From the NCBI GenBank assembly GCA_964016885.1, contig OZ024740.1:67828001-67892000 (forward strand): DNA of 64,000 nt. Reading direction: 5' to 3'. The DNA comes from Eledone cirrhosa (Eukaryota). The notes under the pieces are model-generated. The model saw only the letters and a program-made list of their open reading frames with translations. It was not told where the DNA came from and did not search any database. Below are positions 40,670-54,184 of this stretch, piece by piece. Position numbers and translations under genes: made by a program. How positions within the stretch are numbered: position 1 is the first letter of the stretch; each line of letters begins with the position of its first letter.

Positions 40670-41145
40670 AGATGGGGCATACAGTTAATGAGTATTGCAG
40701 ACCTGGTGTTGGACGCACACCCGCATAGCTTAAGGATCTCCACACTCTCGGAGATACAAAGCCGATAAATTCCGCTAACCACCCCATGGGGGGTGAAATG
40801 AATAAATGTCTACCTCAGCCTGAAACTCCGTTTCTCGTCCCTGAGTCTCCACACGCATCCAGCTAGACTAGTGTGGTTGCGGAACCGGGATTTGAACTCA
40901 GTTCTGGTGGAGCCCACACACACAAGGTTATCACTCCCCGTGGAAATCGTACAACTGTAGACTACTCCCGAAATTCTGTAGCGGTCGTTAAGGAGGCAGA
41001 TTTGTTGTGATAACACTGGTCAGGGTATCAGGCAGATATGCAATCTGGTCGGGAACATCAACCCGGATCATGCGCCAACTGTTTGTGAAACAGTTATAAC
41101 CGGGATTGAGCACTACATTTCTTATGTAACACCTCCACATTGTTC
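40670..41145 (-). pseudogene. Degenerate Penelope GIY-YIG remnant
   Basis: CLLN..GVVYSCTI..VCVGSTRTEFKSRFRNH and YRLCISE..IL..NTRSAIL..C fragments; related sequence at 36370-36530. Confidence 0.6.
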
Positions 41146-41148
41146 TTA

Positions 41149-41282
<134 letters not shown>

Positions 41283-41418
41283 ATGCTTTGGGACACTAAG
41301 AAACACACGCACCAGATGTTTTCACTCCAATTTATTATAATTTAAATTTATAAATTTAAGAATTTATAAATTTACGATTGGTTGGTTGGTTCCACAACCG
41401 GACGGTTGTTCATATAGT

Positions 41419-41461
41419 GTCAAAATTCTTTCGTCACACATTCTGTGACCTCTTCAGTGAC
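41419..41461 (-). ncRNA. Candidate minimal hammerhead ribozyme
   Basis: gtca CTGAAGA g gtcac..gtgac GAAA gaat TT tgac. Confidence 0.55.
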
Positions 41462-41514
41462 TGGGGATTCTTTTCTTTGATTTTGTGCCTCTCCTTTCTT
41501 CTGTCCTACGCCAT

Positions 41515-41594
<80 letters not shown>

Positions 41595-41620
41595 TATACA
41601 TATGTATATATATATATATG

Positions 41621-41671
<51 letters not shown>

Positions 41672-42202
41672 GTATTTATATATAAATATATATATATGTG
41701 TGTGAGTGTGTGTGTGCATTTGTGTCTGTGTGCGTGTATATATACAAATGGTGTATATACATAAAGAAAAATACGTTAAAGCACACCATGAATGCATACA
41801 CCCATAAATATGTATTATTTAATTTATTTATTTATTCCTCTTACGGATACGGTTACGTACCTACATATGTGTGTTGCTTACGATGGCATAAATTCTTCTG
41901 TCAATTATCGGTATGTAGATATTTCGTCTAGTATTGTTTGTTATTTATTTATTTATTTATTTATTTTTTTTTTTTTTTATATATATTTTTATTTTCCAAC
42001 TTCTGTTGTGTTATCATCTTTAGATACTATTGATGCGTTGGATGTGACAAGTCCTGCCTTTGGAAGCATCAGAAACTATAATAATTCTCAAAAGACAGCT
42101 AGTGAGAAGAAATTCTCCTTTTAGTTGTCCGTTCCGAGTTTTCTCTATTTGACTCTGTCCCACCTTCTTTTAATGTTCTATATATAAAGATACACATGTA
42201 TT

Positions 42203-42304
<102 letters not shown>

Positions 42305-42937
42305 TATGTATGTATCTATCTATCGGATGGACACGTGTTAAACTTTCTCGGTAAGTTTTGTTTAAATTTCTTTAGAAATTCGTCACTGTGAACTTTTATT
42401 TTTATATCAATTTGAAGAGGGACTGAGAAGTCAAATTTTGATCTGGTCAGTCTCCTAAAACATCGTGCCCCTCAGGGCAAAAACATACAAAATATTTTCG
42501 AAAATATTTTTACAAAACACTTCAATTTTCAAAATTGGCCGAAGCAAAGGACCTACTTCTTTGTCAATACAAGTAGATGGGAAGAGAAAGCCATGCCTAC
42601 TTGACCAGCAAGTAGTAGCAGACATGGACAAAGGAATGCCAACATTATCGCCTCAACATTTAGATTAGGGACAAGCTTCAGCTGATGTAAGCAACTGAAC
42701 ACGCCTGACGTCACAAACGTCACATGTATCCACACACAGAAGAAAGAATGTGTAGCAAATACTAACACCACCACAAGCAATAAAAACAACAACACAATAA
42801 ATGAGAACAACAACAACACAACAAAAGGTATCAGCGGCAACACAACGAATGAGACCATCATCACCACCAACAACAACAATAACAACATTTCATTTGCCGC
42901 AACCGTTGCTAAGCAACAGGATTTTAAATATTACCCT

Positions 42938-44421
42938 ATGTACATTTCCCCAAAGTCCAAATATTTGGAAGAAGCTTCCAACTATGTGACGCCTGAGAGA
43001 GACACCCCACACATACACATACCCCCGCAAGTAAGAGAGATGACAAAGAAAAAGAAGCTAAGTTATAGAACAGTTGACATCATTACCAAAAAATCCATAA
43101 CGCTCCCAACAAACACTATTGAAGCTGCACTAAAAGATATCAAGCCAGACGTGGCATACCTCCAAAGAGGTAAACAGTATGGAAGTGTTTCAGTGCTCTT
43201 TAAGAGCGAAACTCTGGCTCAAAAACACTCAGTTTACCTAATAATAACGGATCAACACATATTCTTCCCCACATACATGGGAAGGAGATCATACAAAATA
43301 AAAATAACCAAGATCCCAGCAGAGGTAAGCATATGGTGAATCCTATGCTGCATCCCGAAGAAGGATGAGGACACCCTCCTATCTGTAGACAGGACAGACC
43401 GGAATAACTGTTTTGGAACCTGCATCAAGGTTCTGGTACAAATGAGGCCAGAGAGAGTTGAGAAAATCCCGGACAGGATCGTCCTTGAGGAAGATGTCAT
43501 CTCCATTTTAGTGGAGGGAAAAAGACCTCAATGCCATAAGTGCGGGAAAACCACACACTTAAAGGCCTTTTGCCCTCTCTTAAACAAACCTAGGACAAAG
43601 AAGGTGTTATTACAAACACCAAAACCCCAACATCAACACCCCAAACCAAACATAACACAAAAACCTGCAACATCCACTCCCACACCACTACAGACCTGAG
43701 ACAACCACACACACAATCCCACTGAAAAAACATCCATTGCCTCCTCCCTCCCTGTCAAATACTTCCACAAACACCTGCACAATCACACCACCACACAACA
43801 TACCCCTCCCATCTACCCCTGATTCAGAAGTCTCAGACACGAGAACCTCTACATCTACATGTGAGAATGAAGAGGCACCCAAAAATTCAAAAAACAAAAA
43901 AAGGGACAAACAAAAAACACAAACACAAAAACATCTACAGAAAACACGCACACACCCAACCCCACCATAAACACGACGCCACAAACGACAAACACACCAA
44001 CTACACAATCACCACCAATACAACCAAACAATTCACCCACAAAACAAACACCCACACTACCACAATCACAAACCCCAACCACTAACAGAAAACTACAAAC
44101 AGTAACAGCACACATAAAAAAACAAAACATCTTACACATACATAAAAACAAAAAAGAATTGTTAGACACTGTCCGAAAGGACCCTACTATCCAAAGGGAA
44201 GGGAAAACCTTCCCCACCAACGACCCACCGCCAAACCTCAAACTGATCAGGGTAACAACCCTACAACATGTAACATTGAAAGGGACATTCCCACATGGTG
44301 TGGGCCCCCCTTGCCAAAAAACCCTTAACCGTGTGCTGCTAAAAGGATTCCCCCCTCGCCAAACACCCCCAATCTTGACATGGAGATCGAACAAGCCGAC
44401 CTCCAGGAAACGAAAAGGTAA
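42938..44421 (+). pseudogene. LINE ORF1 remnant
   Basis: FPTYMGRR, CHKCGKTTHLKAFCP, NRVLLKGFPP, terminal MEIEQADLQETKR*; the true start is probably further upstream. Confidence 0.8.
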
Positions 44422-44464
44422 GTGTTCCTGCCTTTTCTCTCCCTTATCTCTCTTCTTCACCAAT

Positions 44465-47400
44465 ATGGCGACTATACAGGTTGGATGTTCGAATGTACGT
44501 GGCTCGGGCATGCCCTGGAAACATGGCCAGCTTTTAAATGATCTCAATTCACATTGCATAGATGTGATAGCCATCACCGAGTCCAGGATTCATGACAGGC
44601 AGCAGCTAACCCCCATGTTCGATGACTTTGAGATCTACGTATCTCTCTGTCAGCCAGGAGGTGGAGGGGGAGTTGGTGTTCTGTTTCGAAAAAACTTGGA
44701 TCTCAAAGTACAGACGATTCACTTGGAACGGAGGGCAGCTTGGTAGTCCTGAAAGTAAATGGTAGTGAAGGTGGACCTTTCAGATTCGTGGCCGTATATG
44801 CTCCGACTGGGACATCGCGACCAGAGTTCTTCAAGCGTCTGGAGCCATTCCTGGGAACGTCTCGCTCCTTAGTATTAGCGGGGGACTGAAATGGCATCTT
44901 AGATGCACGTTGGGACTATGTAGGAGCTTGTGATAAAAGAGGGGGGGGGGGGGGTAATAGCCTGAAAAATTTAATCAGCCTATTCCAACTGGCTGATAGA
45001 TATCGACTAGACTTCCCAAGTGTACCACTGTGGACGTGGAGCACCCGCACTGGGTCTTCTAGATCGTATTTAGATAGATTTTTAATTAGACAGAAAGATA
45101 AGGAAACATTAAGCAGTCCACAAATGCACATGGTTGCCTATTCAGACCTCAAATTAGTCACCTGCGTAGTGAACCTTGATAGAACACATAGACAGGGACC
45201 CGGATACTGGAAGCTAAACATGTCGCTTCCGGCACGTAAGGCCTACAGTAAACGGATTAGCACCTTAGTTAAGTGCCAGTTGACGGGGGCGATCGTCAAC
45301 AACAGGTGGTGAAGCTCTCTCAAGAGACAATTAGAATGGAATCGATAGTATTTCGCAAGAAAGTAGCTTTAGAAAAAACAAAGCCGAAAAGGAACTGGTA
45401 GCTAAAGTAGAAGAGACCCTTAGGAATGGCAGTACAGCTGAAGTGCTAGCGGCGAGAACGGCACTAGAACGGCACTAGACAATTTCTTCAACGTGAAACA
45501 CAAAGGTTGTATTGTCAGAAGTAGAACACGTGCTCTAAGAAACGAGGGTACCAAAGCTGTTAGCTGGGCCCGAGTGGCAGATGCGAAAAGTGACAACAAA
45601 TCCACAATTCGGTCCTTGCAAGACAAAGATGGATGCATTCTACTTGAATCCAAGCAGATGTGCACGGTCTTCCAGCAGCATTTTGCACAACTGTTCGGGC
45701 AAAGCGGTACGTCAAGGGAAGTGATGGACTTCAGCTCCTACCTCGACGGCGTACCACGATTCTCGAACAGGGATTCGGTGAGCGAAAGGCCGATCACAGC
45801 GGGCGAAATAGAAGATGCCCTTGGTCGCTGTGGGAAAAGTAAATCACCCGGTTTAGATGAGTGTTACATAGGCATACCAGACTTGTTCTCTGGCGTCCTC
45901 GAAGCGGTCCACTGCAACTAGTAACAGAACGGGAGGATTCCTGTTCTGTAGGCAGAGGCGTAGTAACGCTGATCAGGAAAGATGAGAACAAGGGGGATGA
46001 GATAAGCAATTTCAGGCCCATAACCCTGCTTAACACAGAGTTAAAGATTTTGGCCAAGGTGTTAGCAACGAGGCTGGCGCTTTTCATCTAGAATCTGGCA
46101 GGGGAAGCGCGGACGTGTGCAATCCCGACCAGGTCCATACACGACAACCTCCACCTCATGCGATACATCATACAGAGGGTAGGGTGTAAACCTGACTTCG
46201 GTGGGGATCTGATCAATTTAGATCAGTCTAAGGCATTTGATAGGGTCGACCATCAATACTTGAAAGCGGTTCTCAAGGCGGACGGCTTCGGTCCCGTCTT
46301 CAGAGGCCGGATCGCTGCCATGCACACCAGCATCTGCTCGGCAGTCAAGGTGAATGGCTACCTACTGGAGCCATTCCAAATAATGCGTTCCATCCGTCAG
46401 GGGTGCCTTCTCTTCTCCATTCTGTATGTACTGACTCTCGAGCCATTACTGCGGAAAGTGGAGCTGTTGCAGGGCATCCCGGTCGAACCAGGACTGCGGA
46501 AAGCAGCGTCGGTCTATGTCGACGACATAACCGCAATGGTGTCGATAACCTCGGACATCGGGGTAATCGGTAACCTATTACAGGAATACGAAACGTTGAC
46601 AAGAGCAAGACTAAACCCAAACAAGTCTGTCGGTTTGCAACTCAGCACATGGAGAGGCAAACCCATGTCTTCCGACAGTGTCGTTGGACGCTGGACGGAA
46701 GGACTGGTGAAATTGCTCGGGGTCTGGTTTGGTCCAGACATCCAGGTGGACCAGAACTGGAACGAGGTCACGGCGAAGGTGTTTGCACTTACCCACAAGT
46801 GGGCTGAGTGCAAACTCTCCTTCACAGGTCGAGCAGAGGTGGCGAAAACTTACATAGCGTCCGTCATCTACTACCGCTTGACAGTCGTGCCTTGTCCCCG
46901 TGAATACCTTACCAAAATGGAACCAAGTTCCTCTGGTAGAAACAGGCTCCATTGGTGAGGAGGTCCATCTGCTGTCAACACCCTTCTAACGGAGGGCTGG
47001 GCATGCCGTGACTGATGATGCGCAAACACGCACTGAGGCTACGCCATCTCCAGCTGTTCCTGAACGGTGAATCGGTGTGGCTGTCGTTTGTGAGACGAGC
47101 TCTTCCACAACTCGTCTCACTAACAGAGCTGCAGTCCTGGGTTAAGCGAAGACCGAAAATGGGCGCCTGGCACCTCGAGTGCGTTCAGGGGCTCACAGCC
47201 CTCTACCAAGCGGAAACGGAAATTAGTGGAGACATGACTTCGACATTCTATAGGGGATTAGTAGAAGATAAGTGCGACGACGTTCTAGGTGAAAATCTAG
47301 GCATCGAGGAAGACGAACTGACCAGTTTGTTTGGGAGGACTTTCCGTCCAGGGCTTATGGATAACTTCCAGAGCTGTCTGGCCTGGCAGTGCTACCAAAG

Positions 47401-47884
47401 AGCACTTCCAGTTCGAGACAAAATCTACAGGCACGGACACCCAGGCAGAGATCCTGCCAAAAGGACCTGTCCAATATGCGAGCAGGACATCGAAACCGTT
47501 CTTCACGCAATTGTTCAGTGCCCAGGGGTGACCATCCTGTGGAATTATGTCGAACAGCTACTGTCACGTGTAGGACGCATCCAGTTGTCAGCCGAGTCCA
47601 TCGAGAGGATCACCCCTCCGCCTTCATTTAAGAATGAAGCAGAGGCAATGTTCCTCAGTCTGGTGGCTATGGCGAAAGAGGTAATATGGTGGACGAGGTT
47701 AAAAGGACTGAGGGCAAGCACCTTTCTCTCCGGACAACAACTCAACCCCTTCTTTAAGTACCACTTCAGAAGGAAGGTGAGAGTGGAGAGAGAGATGCTG
47801 CACTCCAGTAAATTTGTTGAACGGTGGGTGAATGTGGCGAAAATGGCCCGGGTAAATGGGCCTTCTCTGTATATAAACCTATAG
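44465..47884 (+). pseudogene. LINE ORF2 remnant (APE-RT-ZnF)
   Basis: MATIQVGCSNVRG, PGYWKLN, FRPITLLNTELKILAKVLA, DQSKAFDRVDH, YVDD, CPICEQDIETVLHAIVQC, VNGPSLYINL*. Confidence 0.92.
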
Positions 47885-48119
47885 GTTGAAGAAGATAAAC
47901 AGAGGGAAGACGGGTTATCGAGGGTTGTTCTATCCACGGGATGTTAAACAACCCCACAGTAGCGTTACCCCCTCCACCTAATGGGGATTTCAATTGTTTT
48001 ATTTTTATATAGTTTATTGTTATTTATCATTGTTAAAGATTTTATGTAAAACCCCCGCCATCACGTCTTGTAACGTCCCAATGGTGTACCCGGCTGTGGC
48101 AAATAAAGAAAGATATCTT

Positions 48120-48259
<140 letters not shown>

Positions 48260-48399
48260 TAGCTAACTAGATAGATAAATAGATAGATAGATAGATACAT
48301 ACATACATATATACATATATACAAGCAAGCATACATATACATATACACACATACTTATATGCATTTATGTATGTATATATGCAAGTTTGGATATTTATA

Positions 48400-48732
48400 T
48401 ATAGGGTAAATATCTCTTTCGCCACGAATGCTCATGTGATTTGCACCTAGAAACAACTCCTACGAGGCACACATCCGAGCAAGGTTGTTTGTGAAAGACC
48501 AGAGTCGCCCATGCATACCAGTCTCCTCTCTCCCCGCCACCAATATTATCCAAGGTAAAGACAAAGGCTAATACAGCTTCGCACCTGTGACGCTGCAACC
48601 TATATCTACAGCTGGGTGAAGTGTAGTAATCTGAAATAAAGTGTCTTTCTCAAGAGCACAACACAAAGCCCGGTCTCAGAATCACAACCTCACGATTGTC
48701 AGTCCGACGCTCTAACCACTAAGTCAAGTGAT
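48400..48732 (-). mobile_element. Second tRNA-derived SINE family (CORE-like), degenerate
   Basis: Minus strand: TAGTGGTTAGAGCGTCGGACT..., then TGTGTTGTGCTCTTGAGAAAGACACTTTA...CACCCAGCTGTA. Confidence 0.6.
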
Positions 48733-48737
48733 ATATA

Positions 48738-48785
<48 letters not shown>

Positions 48786-48877
48786 TAAACAAGAAAGGTC
48801 AGTAATTTATTACTATCTTATCACCAGTAAGGGAAATAGCTCAATGTAAGAACATCAGGTGTTTTACAGAGCAGGAA

Positions 48878-49320
48878 TATAAATTACACAAATATCAAAG
48901 TTATGTTCAAATTATTTAATTGCTGACAATTGTTTCTTCCAAACTTTCGTTTGGGGTTATCGGAGCATTATCAATGTTTGTACATATAATTACCCTCCTA
49001 TTCAACTGAACAATCATATAGATACATATATATTGATGTTGTGAACAACAGTTTAGTATTTACAAGGTGTAATGGATGCGATATATATAATACGAGAATT
49101 GTACAAACATTTTAATTTTAACTTGACACCCTATAAATACTAAACAGTTGTTCACAACATCAATATATATATGTATCTATATGATTGTTCAGTTGAATAG
49201 GAGGTTAATTATATGTAGAAACAATGATACTGCTCCGATGACTCCAAACGAAAGTTTGGAAGAAGCAATTTTCAGCAATTAAATGATTTGAACGTAACTT
49301 TGATACTTGTCTAATTTATA
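48878..49320. repeat. Diverged fold-back repeat (about 190-bp arms) with decayed hammerhead-like core
   Basis: Arms are reverse complementary; right arm contains cCGATGA ctccaaac GAAA gtt. Confidence 0.75.
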
Positions 49321-49324
49321 TATA

Positions 49325-51201
49325 TACTAACATTAAAGCCCGGCGTTGCTCGGGGTCATTAAGTTACCAAAGTTAGGTTGCACCACCCATTTTATGGCAG
49401 CACTTTTTTGTCTGCCAGGCACTGGGTGAATGAATTGCAACCTGGAAGCAGGAGCTGCGCCAGCAGTGACAATCGTAGTTTCACCTATGGATATAATCTC
49501 TGTGCAAAAAAGTGTTGAAATTTATTGTTTCACAGTACTTGCGCAACACGCGCGTAGACGATGCCAGCCGAACAACAGAGCTGTGATGGAGTTGTTCTGC
49601 GTGGTTGTCTGTGTGTTTTGTAAATTTAAGGCAGTAGGGAGGGTTGTGATATGAGGGATAATTAGCTGTTGTTTGTAGCAGGTTTAGTGACCTCATAGAG
49701 GATATGTGTTTTCTAAATTTAAGACAGTAGGGAGTGGTGTGATATGGGGAGAGTTAGCTGCTGTTTCTAGCAGGTTTATTGACCTCATCGAAGATATGTT
49801 TTCTAAATTTAAGACAGTAGGGAGGGTTGTGATATGAGGGATAGTTAGCTGTTGTTTCTAGCAGGTTTAGTAACCTCATAGAGGATATGGGTTTTCTAAA
49901 TTTAAGACAGTAGGGAGTGGTGTGATATGGGGGAGAGTTAGCTGCTGTTTCTAGCAGGTTTAGTGACCTGATAGAAGATATTATTGTTTATCATTATCTA
50001 ATTGGCAATTCGGTAGAGGGTCGGACGCCATGCTTTGACGTATAGAGTTACGGCCCTTGCCATTCTGAGTTCAAATCCCGCCGAGGTTAACTTTGCCTTT
50101 CATCCTTATGGGGTCGATAAAATAAAGTACCAGTAATACACTGGGCAATTGCTGGCCTTGTGCCAAAAGTAGAAACAATTATCTATAAAAGGCAGATTGT
50201 TGTTGTTGTTGTGTGTGTGCACATGTTCCATGTTTATACAATTTCAAACCGATTGGACTCAAAGTCTGCAAGAATCCACGTTCGTTGAGAGGTTTTAAAA
50301 AAGATTTATCGCTTGTTGTTGAATAAATGTATCTGTTGCTTTTGAATAATTGTCGTTTCGTATGAAATGTAATAATTGTTTCTACTTTTTTGGCACAAGG
50401 CCAGCAATTACCCAGTACATTACTGGTACTTTATGTAACATTAAACGTTCTGTCTCTCTCTCCCTCTCACTCTCTTCTCTCTCTCTCTTCAGCGTTCCTA
50501 AAGGAAGTTTGTAAGCATGTATGTAGTTTTATCGAATTTGAAGGGGAGTAGAGAGAGGTAGGCAGATTCTATTAGAGGGGTAAAGCGTCATGTATTTATT
50601 TTTATCGATTATTTCCATAATTCTGGGTGAGTTTGAATGAAATAAATAGTCGTTGACCTAAGTTAGACCATTTACAACATTCTTACATACTTTGAGTCGA
50701 ATCGGTTAGAAATTGTGCAAATGTTTAAACATGGAACATGCGCACACACACAGGCAACCACAACAATCTGCCTTTTATAGGTAATAAAAGAGAAAGTAGC
50801 AAAATGTGTGGGTTGTAGATAGAGGGGAGCAGATGATATGAGAGAGTAAAACGGACAGTATCACCATCAACATGAACAATGTAAAATGAAAAGAATAATT
50901 TAGTTTCATTTTACGTGTTGTTTCAGCTTGGAAAGAGAAAGTAGCAGAAAGTATGAAGTTGTATAGATTTTGAATGGTAATGGAAAGATTTTAGCAGTTT
51001 AAATGAGAGAAGAAAATCGTTAAATATTGAGTTTTATCTATTTTTTGCGTAATTGTGCGTGAAATTGAAAAAAATATATGTGCCATGACCCAATCGAAGC
51101 TATTTCGAATACTGAATTCTAAATTTCAATTGAAGAAATTCTATATCGTAGATTTCTATAACAAAGAAATGTGACCATACACTGAGCTTTATAGATTATG
51201 A

Positions 51202-51203
<2 letters not shown>
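49325..51203. mobile_element. Helitron/DINE-1-like non-autonomous element with internal about 91-bp x4 tandem repeat, nested SINE (50001-50180) and a nested inverted-repeat element (50181-50783)
   Basis: Starts ACTAACATTAAAGCCCGGCGTTGCTCGGGG and ends CTTTATAGATTATGAT; TAAATTTAAG(A/G)CAGTAGGGAG recurs four times in 49620-49980. Confidence 0.55.
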
Positions 51204-51242
<39 letters not shown>

Positions 51243-51334
51243 TAAGTTTATGTTGGTTGTATACCAACACCTCAGTATGCAGGCTGGAGCACTCGACGAA
51301 GTGCGCAGGTTGGTTTGGTTACTCCAGAGTAGTG

Positions 51335-51757
51335 TAAAATAAAGTTAAATATAAAGTCAAATGATTAAAATTTAGCTTCGTTTATTACTTCTATATATAT
51401 TTCAGTGACAGCCATCTTTGGCTGTGACCTCTTCAGGCAGTTTGAATTAGTATGGTATAGACAAGTACATATGTTGTTGAGGTGTATAATATTGTCAATA
51501 CTCTGATATGCCCAGTTCCTGGTTGGGTTGTTATTTCACTGAGGAACTGGAATCATATATATGATTCCAGTTCCTCAGTGAACTGGGCATATCAGAGTAT
51601 TGACAATATTATACACCTCAACAACATATGTACTTGTCTATACCATACTAATTCAAACTGCCTGAAGAGGTCACAGCCAAAGATGGCTGTCACTGAAATA
51701 TATATAGCAGTAATAAACGAAGCTAAATTTTAATCATTTGACTTTTTATTTAACTTT

Positions 51758-51765
<8 letters not shown>
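51335..51765. repeat. Fold-back element with two inverted hammerhead motifs and an inner palindrome
   Basis: Arms about 51335-51518 and 51580-51765; inner palindrome 51537-51580. Confidence 0.85.
51657..51711 (+). ncRNA. Type I hammerhead ribozyme motif (inverted copy 51387-51441)
   Basis: actgc CTGAAGA ggtc acagcca-aaga-tggctgt cact GAAA tatata TA^ gcagt. Confidence 0.72.
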
Positions 51766-51841
<76 letters not shown>

Positions 51842-51853
51842 AACACATACCCC

Positions 51854-51917
<64 letters not shown>

Positions 51918-52736
51918 GTACGAATGTATGTATGGTTCAAGTTAAAAAGAAAAGATAAACAACGAGAAACAACGTATATCGGAGGTTGGTCCTTTTCAGA
52001 AAAGAATATATTCAGGCGAAAGAGGAGCTTGGAAGTTTAAGAAGAAAATGGGAGGTTTATCAATACCAGTGAAATAAGCTCGGAGTTTGTTCGGCATTTG
52101 GAGTGTGTCGAGGTGGTTATGGTGTGTGCAGGTCTGTATTTGGCAGTGTTATGTGTATACAGATGATGTTTATGTGGTGAGTGTGTGTGTTGTGTTTATT
52201 TATTGTTTGTGTGTGTGTGTGTTTGTGTGTGTTGTTATGTTTGTTGGATAGTTCTATATTTTATTCGTCAGAGCATGTGTTTTTATGGGTGTGTTATTAG
52301 TATTTGTGTGTGTTTGTGGGTGTTATCAGTGTGTGTGTGTGGGGGTATGTGTGTCCAAGATATTGGCGTAGATTATTATTGTATATGGGTATGTGCTTTT
52401 TATGTTTGTGTATAAGCCTGTGTGTCTCTCTGAATGCGTGTGGGTAGGAGTGGTACCATGTAGCAAGATATATCGAAAGCCTACATTCCGACGTTTCTGT
52501 TGGGTTTCAGAAATTGCGTTGGTTCAATGATCAGAGAGTGGGATTGGTCGAGTGCAAGGCCTTTCACCACTTGAAAAACCTTCAAAGCACAAGTATTGCT
52601 TGTTCAGGATATGTTACATGTTCGTGTGGCTAGCTGTAGCCTAAAGGTGCATCATTTTCTGTAAACTGGCAAGTGATTGCAATACTCTTAGCATAGTTTG
52701 CAGACACCATAAGATATATATATAGGTATAGGTACG

Positions 52737-53418
52737 TTATTCCGGTTGAATCGGAGGTAACCACAGTAAGTAAGCTACTCAATACATAGCAGAGTATACA
52801 AGTTTTAATATAGATGAGATTCTACAGGACTAGAACTGTTTATTCTTTAGAAATCATCAGGAATCTGGCTGTCCGAAATAGACATCAAGGTCGAGTTTGG
52901 GCAGCATCGTTTCTTGTGGATGGTTATAAAGGGAGCAAAGAGTGCTAAAAGGTAAGTTATTCCGGGTTGAATCGGAGGTAACCACAGTAAGTAAGCTACT
53001 CAATACATGCAGAGTATAAATGTTTTAATATAGATGAGATTCTACAGAACTAGATCTGTTTCATTCTTTAGAAATCATCAGGAATCTGGCTTTCCAAAAT
53101 AGACATCAGGGTCGAGTTTGGTCAACATAGTTTCTTGGTGATGGTTATAAGGGACACAAAGAGTGCTAAAAGGTAAATTATTCCGGGTTGAATCGGAGGT
53201 AACCACAGTAAGTAAGCTACTCAATACATAGCAGACTATAACAGTTTTAATATAGATGAGGTTCTACAGAACTATATCTGTTTCATTCTTTAGAAATCAT
53301 CAGGAATCTGGCTTTCCAAAATAGACATCAGTGTCGAGTTTGGTCAGCATAGTTTCTTGATGATGGTTATAAAGGGCACAAAGTGGGCTAAAAGGTAAGT
53401 TATTCCGGGTTGAATCGG

Positions 53419-53420
<2 letters not shown>
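52737..53420 (-). repeat. About 220-bp x3.1 tandem repeat with one hammerhead motif per unit (retrozyme-like)
   Basis: ttattccgg(g)ttgaatcgg at about 52737, 52958, 53178 and 53400; motifs at 52817-52866, 53037-53087 and 53259-53309. Confidence 0.85.
53037..53087 (-). ncRNA. Type I hammerhead ribozyme motif (best copy)
   Basis: agattc CTGATGA tttctaaagaat GAAA caga-tctagt-tctg TA^ gaatct. Confidence 0.72.
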
Positions 53421-53467
<47 letters not shown>

Positions 53468-54033
53468 CCTATATATATAGATATAGATATATTGTTTGAA
53501 ATTTATAGAACTAATTTGAAAACTAAAACGTAAGAATAGCTTTTTAAACATGCAAATGCCCTCAATATATATACCTCAAGGACAGAAATCAGTGACCGGT
53601 GTTCGGTAAATGCAAAAGTAAAATTGTAAGGTGGGTGACGGTAACTGAAATATAGACAGAATTGAGAGAGGAGAAAAAGAAATTTGTTATCACGTTGAAT
53701 TGTTAAGAATAATGAAAGGGAGACAATGGAAATTAGGTTTATAAAAGTGTTATGAACGCTACAACATCTCTAATAAACATAAGACTTCCTTTTTTCCTTT
53801 GTATCATTTCCCCGTGCCACCACATTTCTTGTTTTCATCTTCTCTCAATCGTTTCTGTTTTATCTGACTATCAACTTTACTTTCCTCTTTACTGACCACT
53901 GGCAACTGGTTATTGCCCTTGATGTACTCTTACATCACTTGCATGCTCTCAAAGGCGGCATTTGCTGTTACAACAGTTATTCTTGTGTTCGAGTTCCAAA
54001 TGATTACGGTCAATACACACACACACACACACA

Positions 54034-54094
<61 letters not shown>

Positions 54095-54095
54095 A

Positions 54096-54184
<89 letters not shown>

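Larger units (their letters stand above)
42325..48112 (+). mobile_element. Full-length Tx1/L1-clade non-LTR retrotransposon, copy 2 (both ORFs decayed)
   Basis: ORF1 fragments about 42580-44421, ORF2 fragments 44465-47884 homologous to copy 1; AATAAA at 48102 followed by (TATC)n. Confidence 0.93.

Noticed and set aside
44159-44746. Apparent ORF1-ORF2 fusion in LINE copy 2
   Set aside because: Comparison with copy 1 shows the true ORF1 end (MEIEQADLQETKR*) in another frame; the fusion results from a frameshifting deletion.
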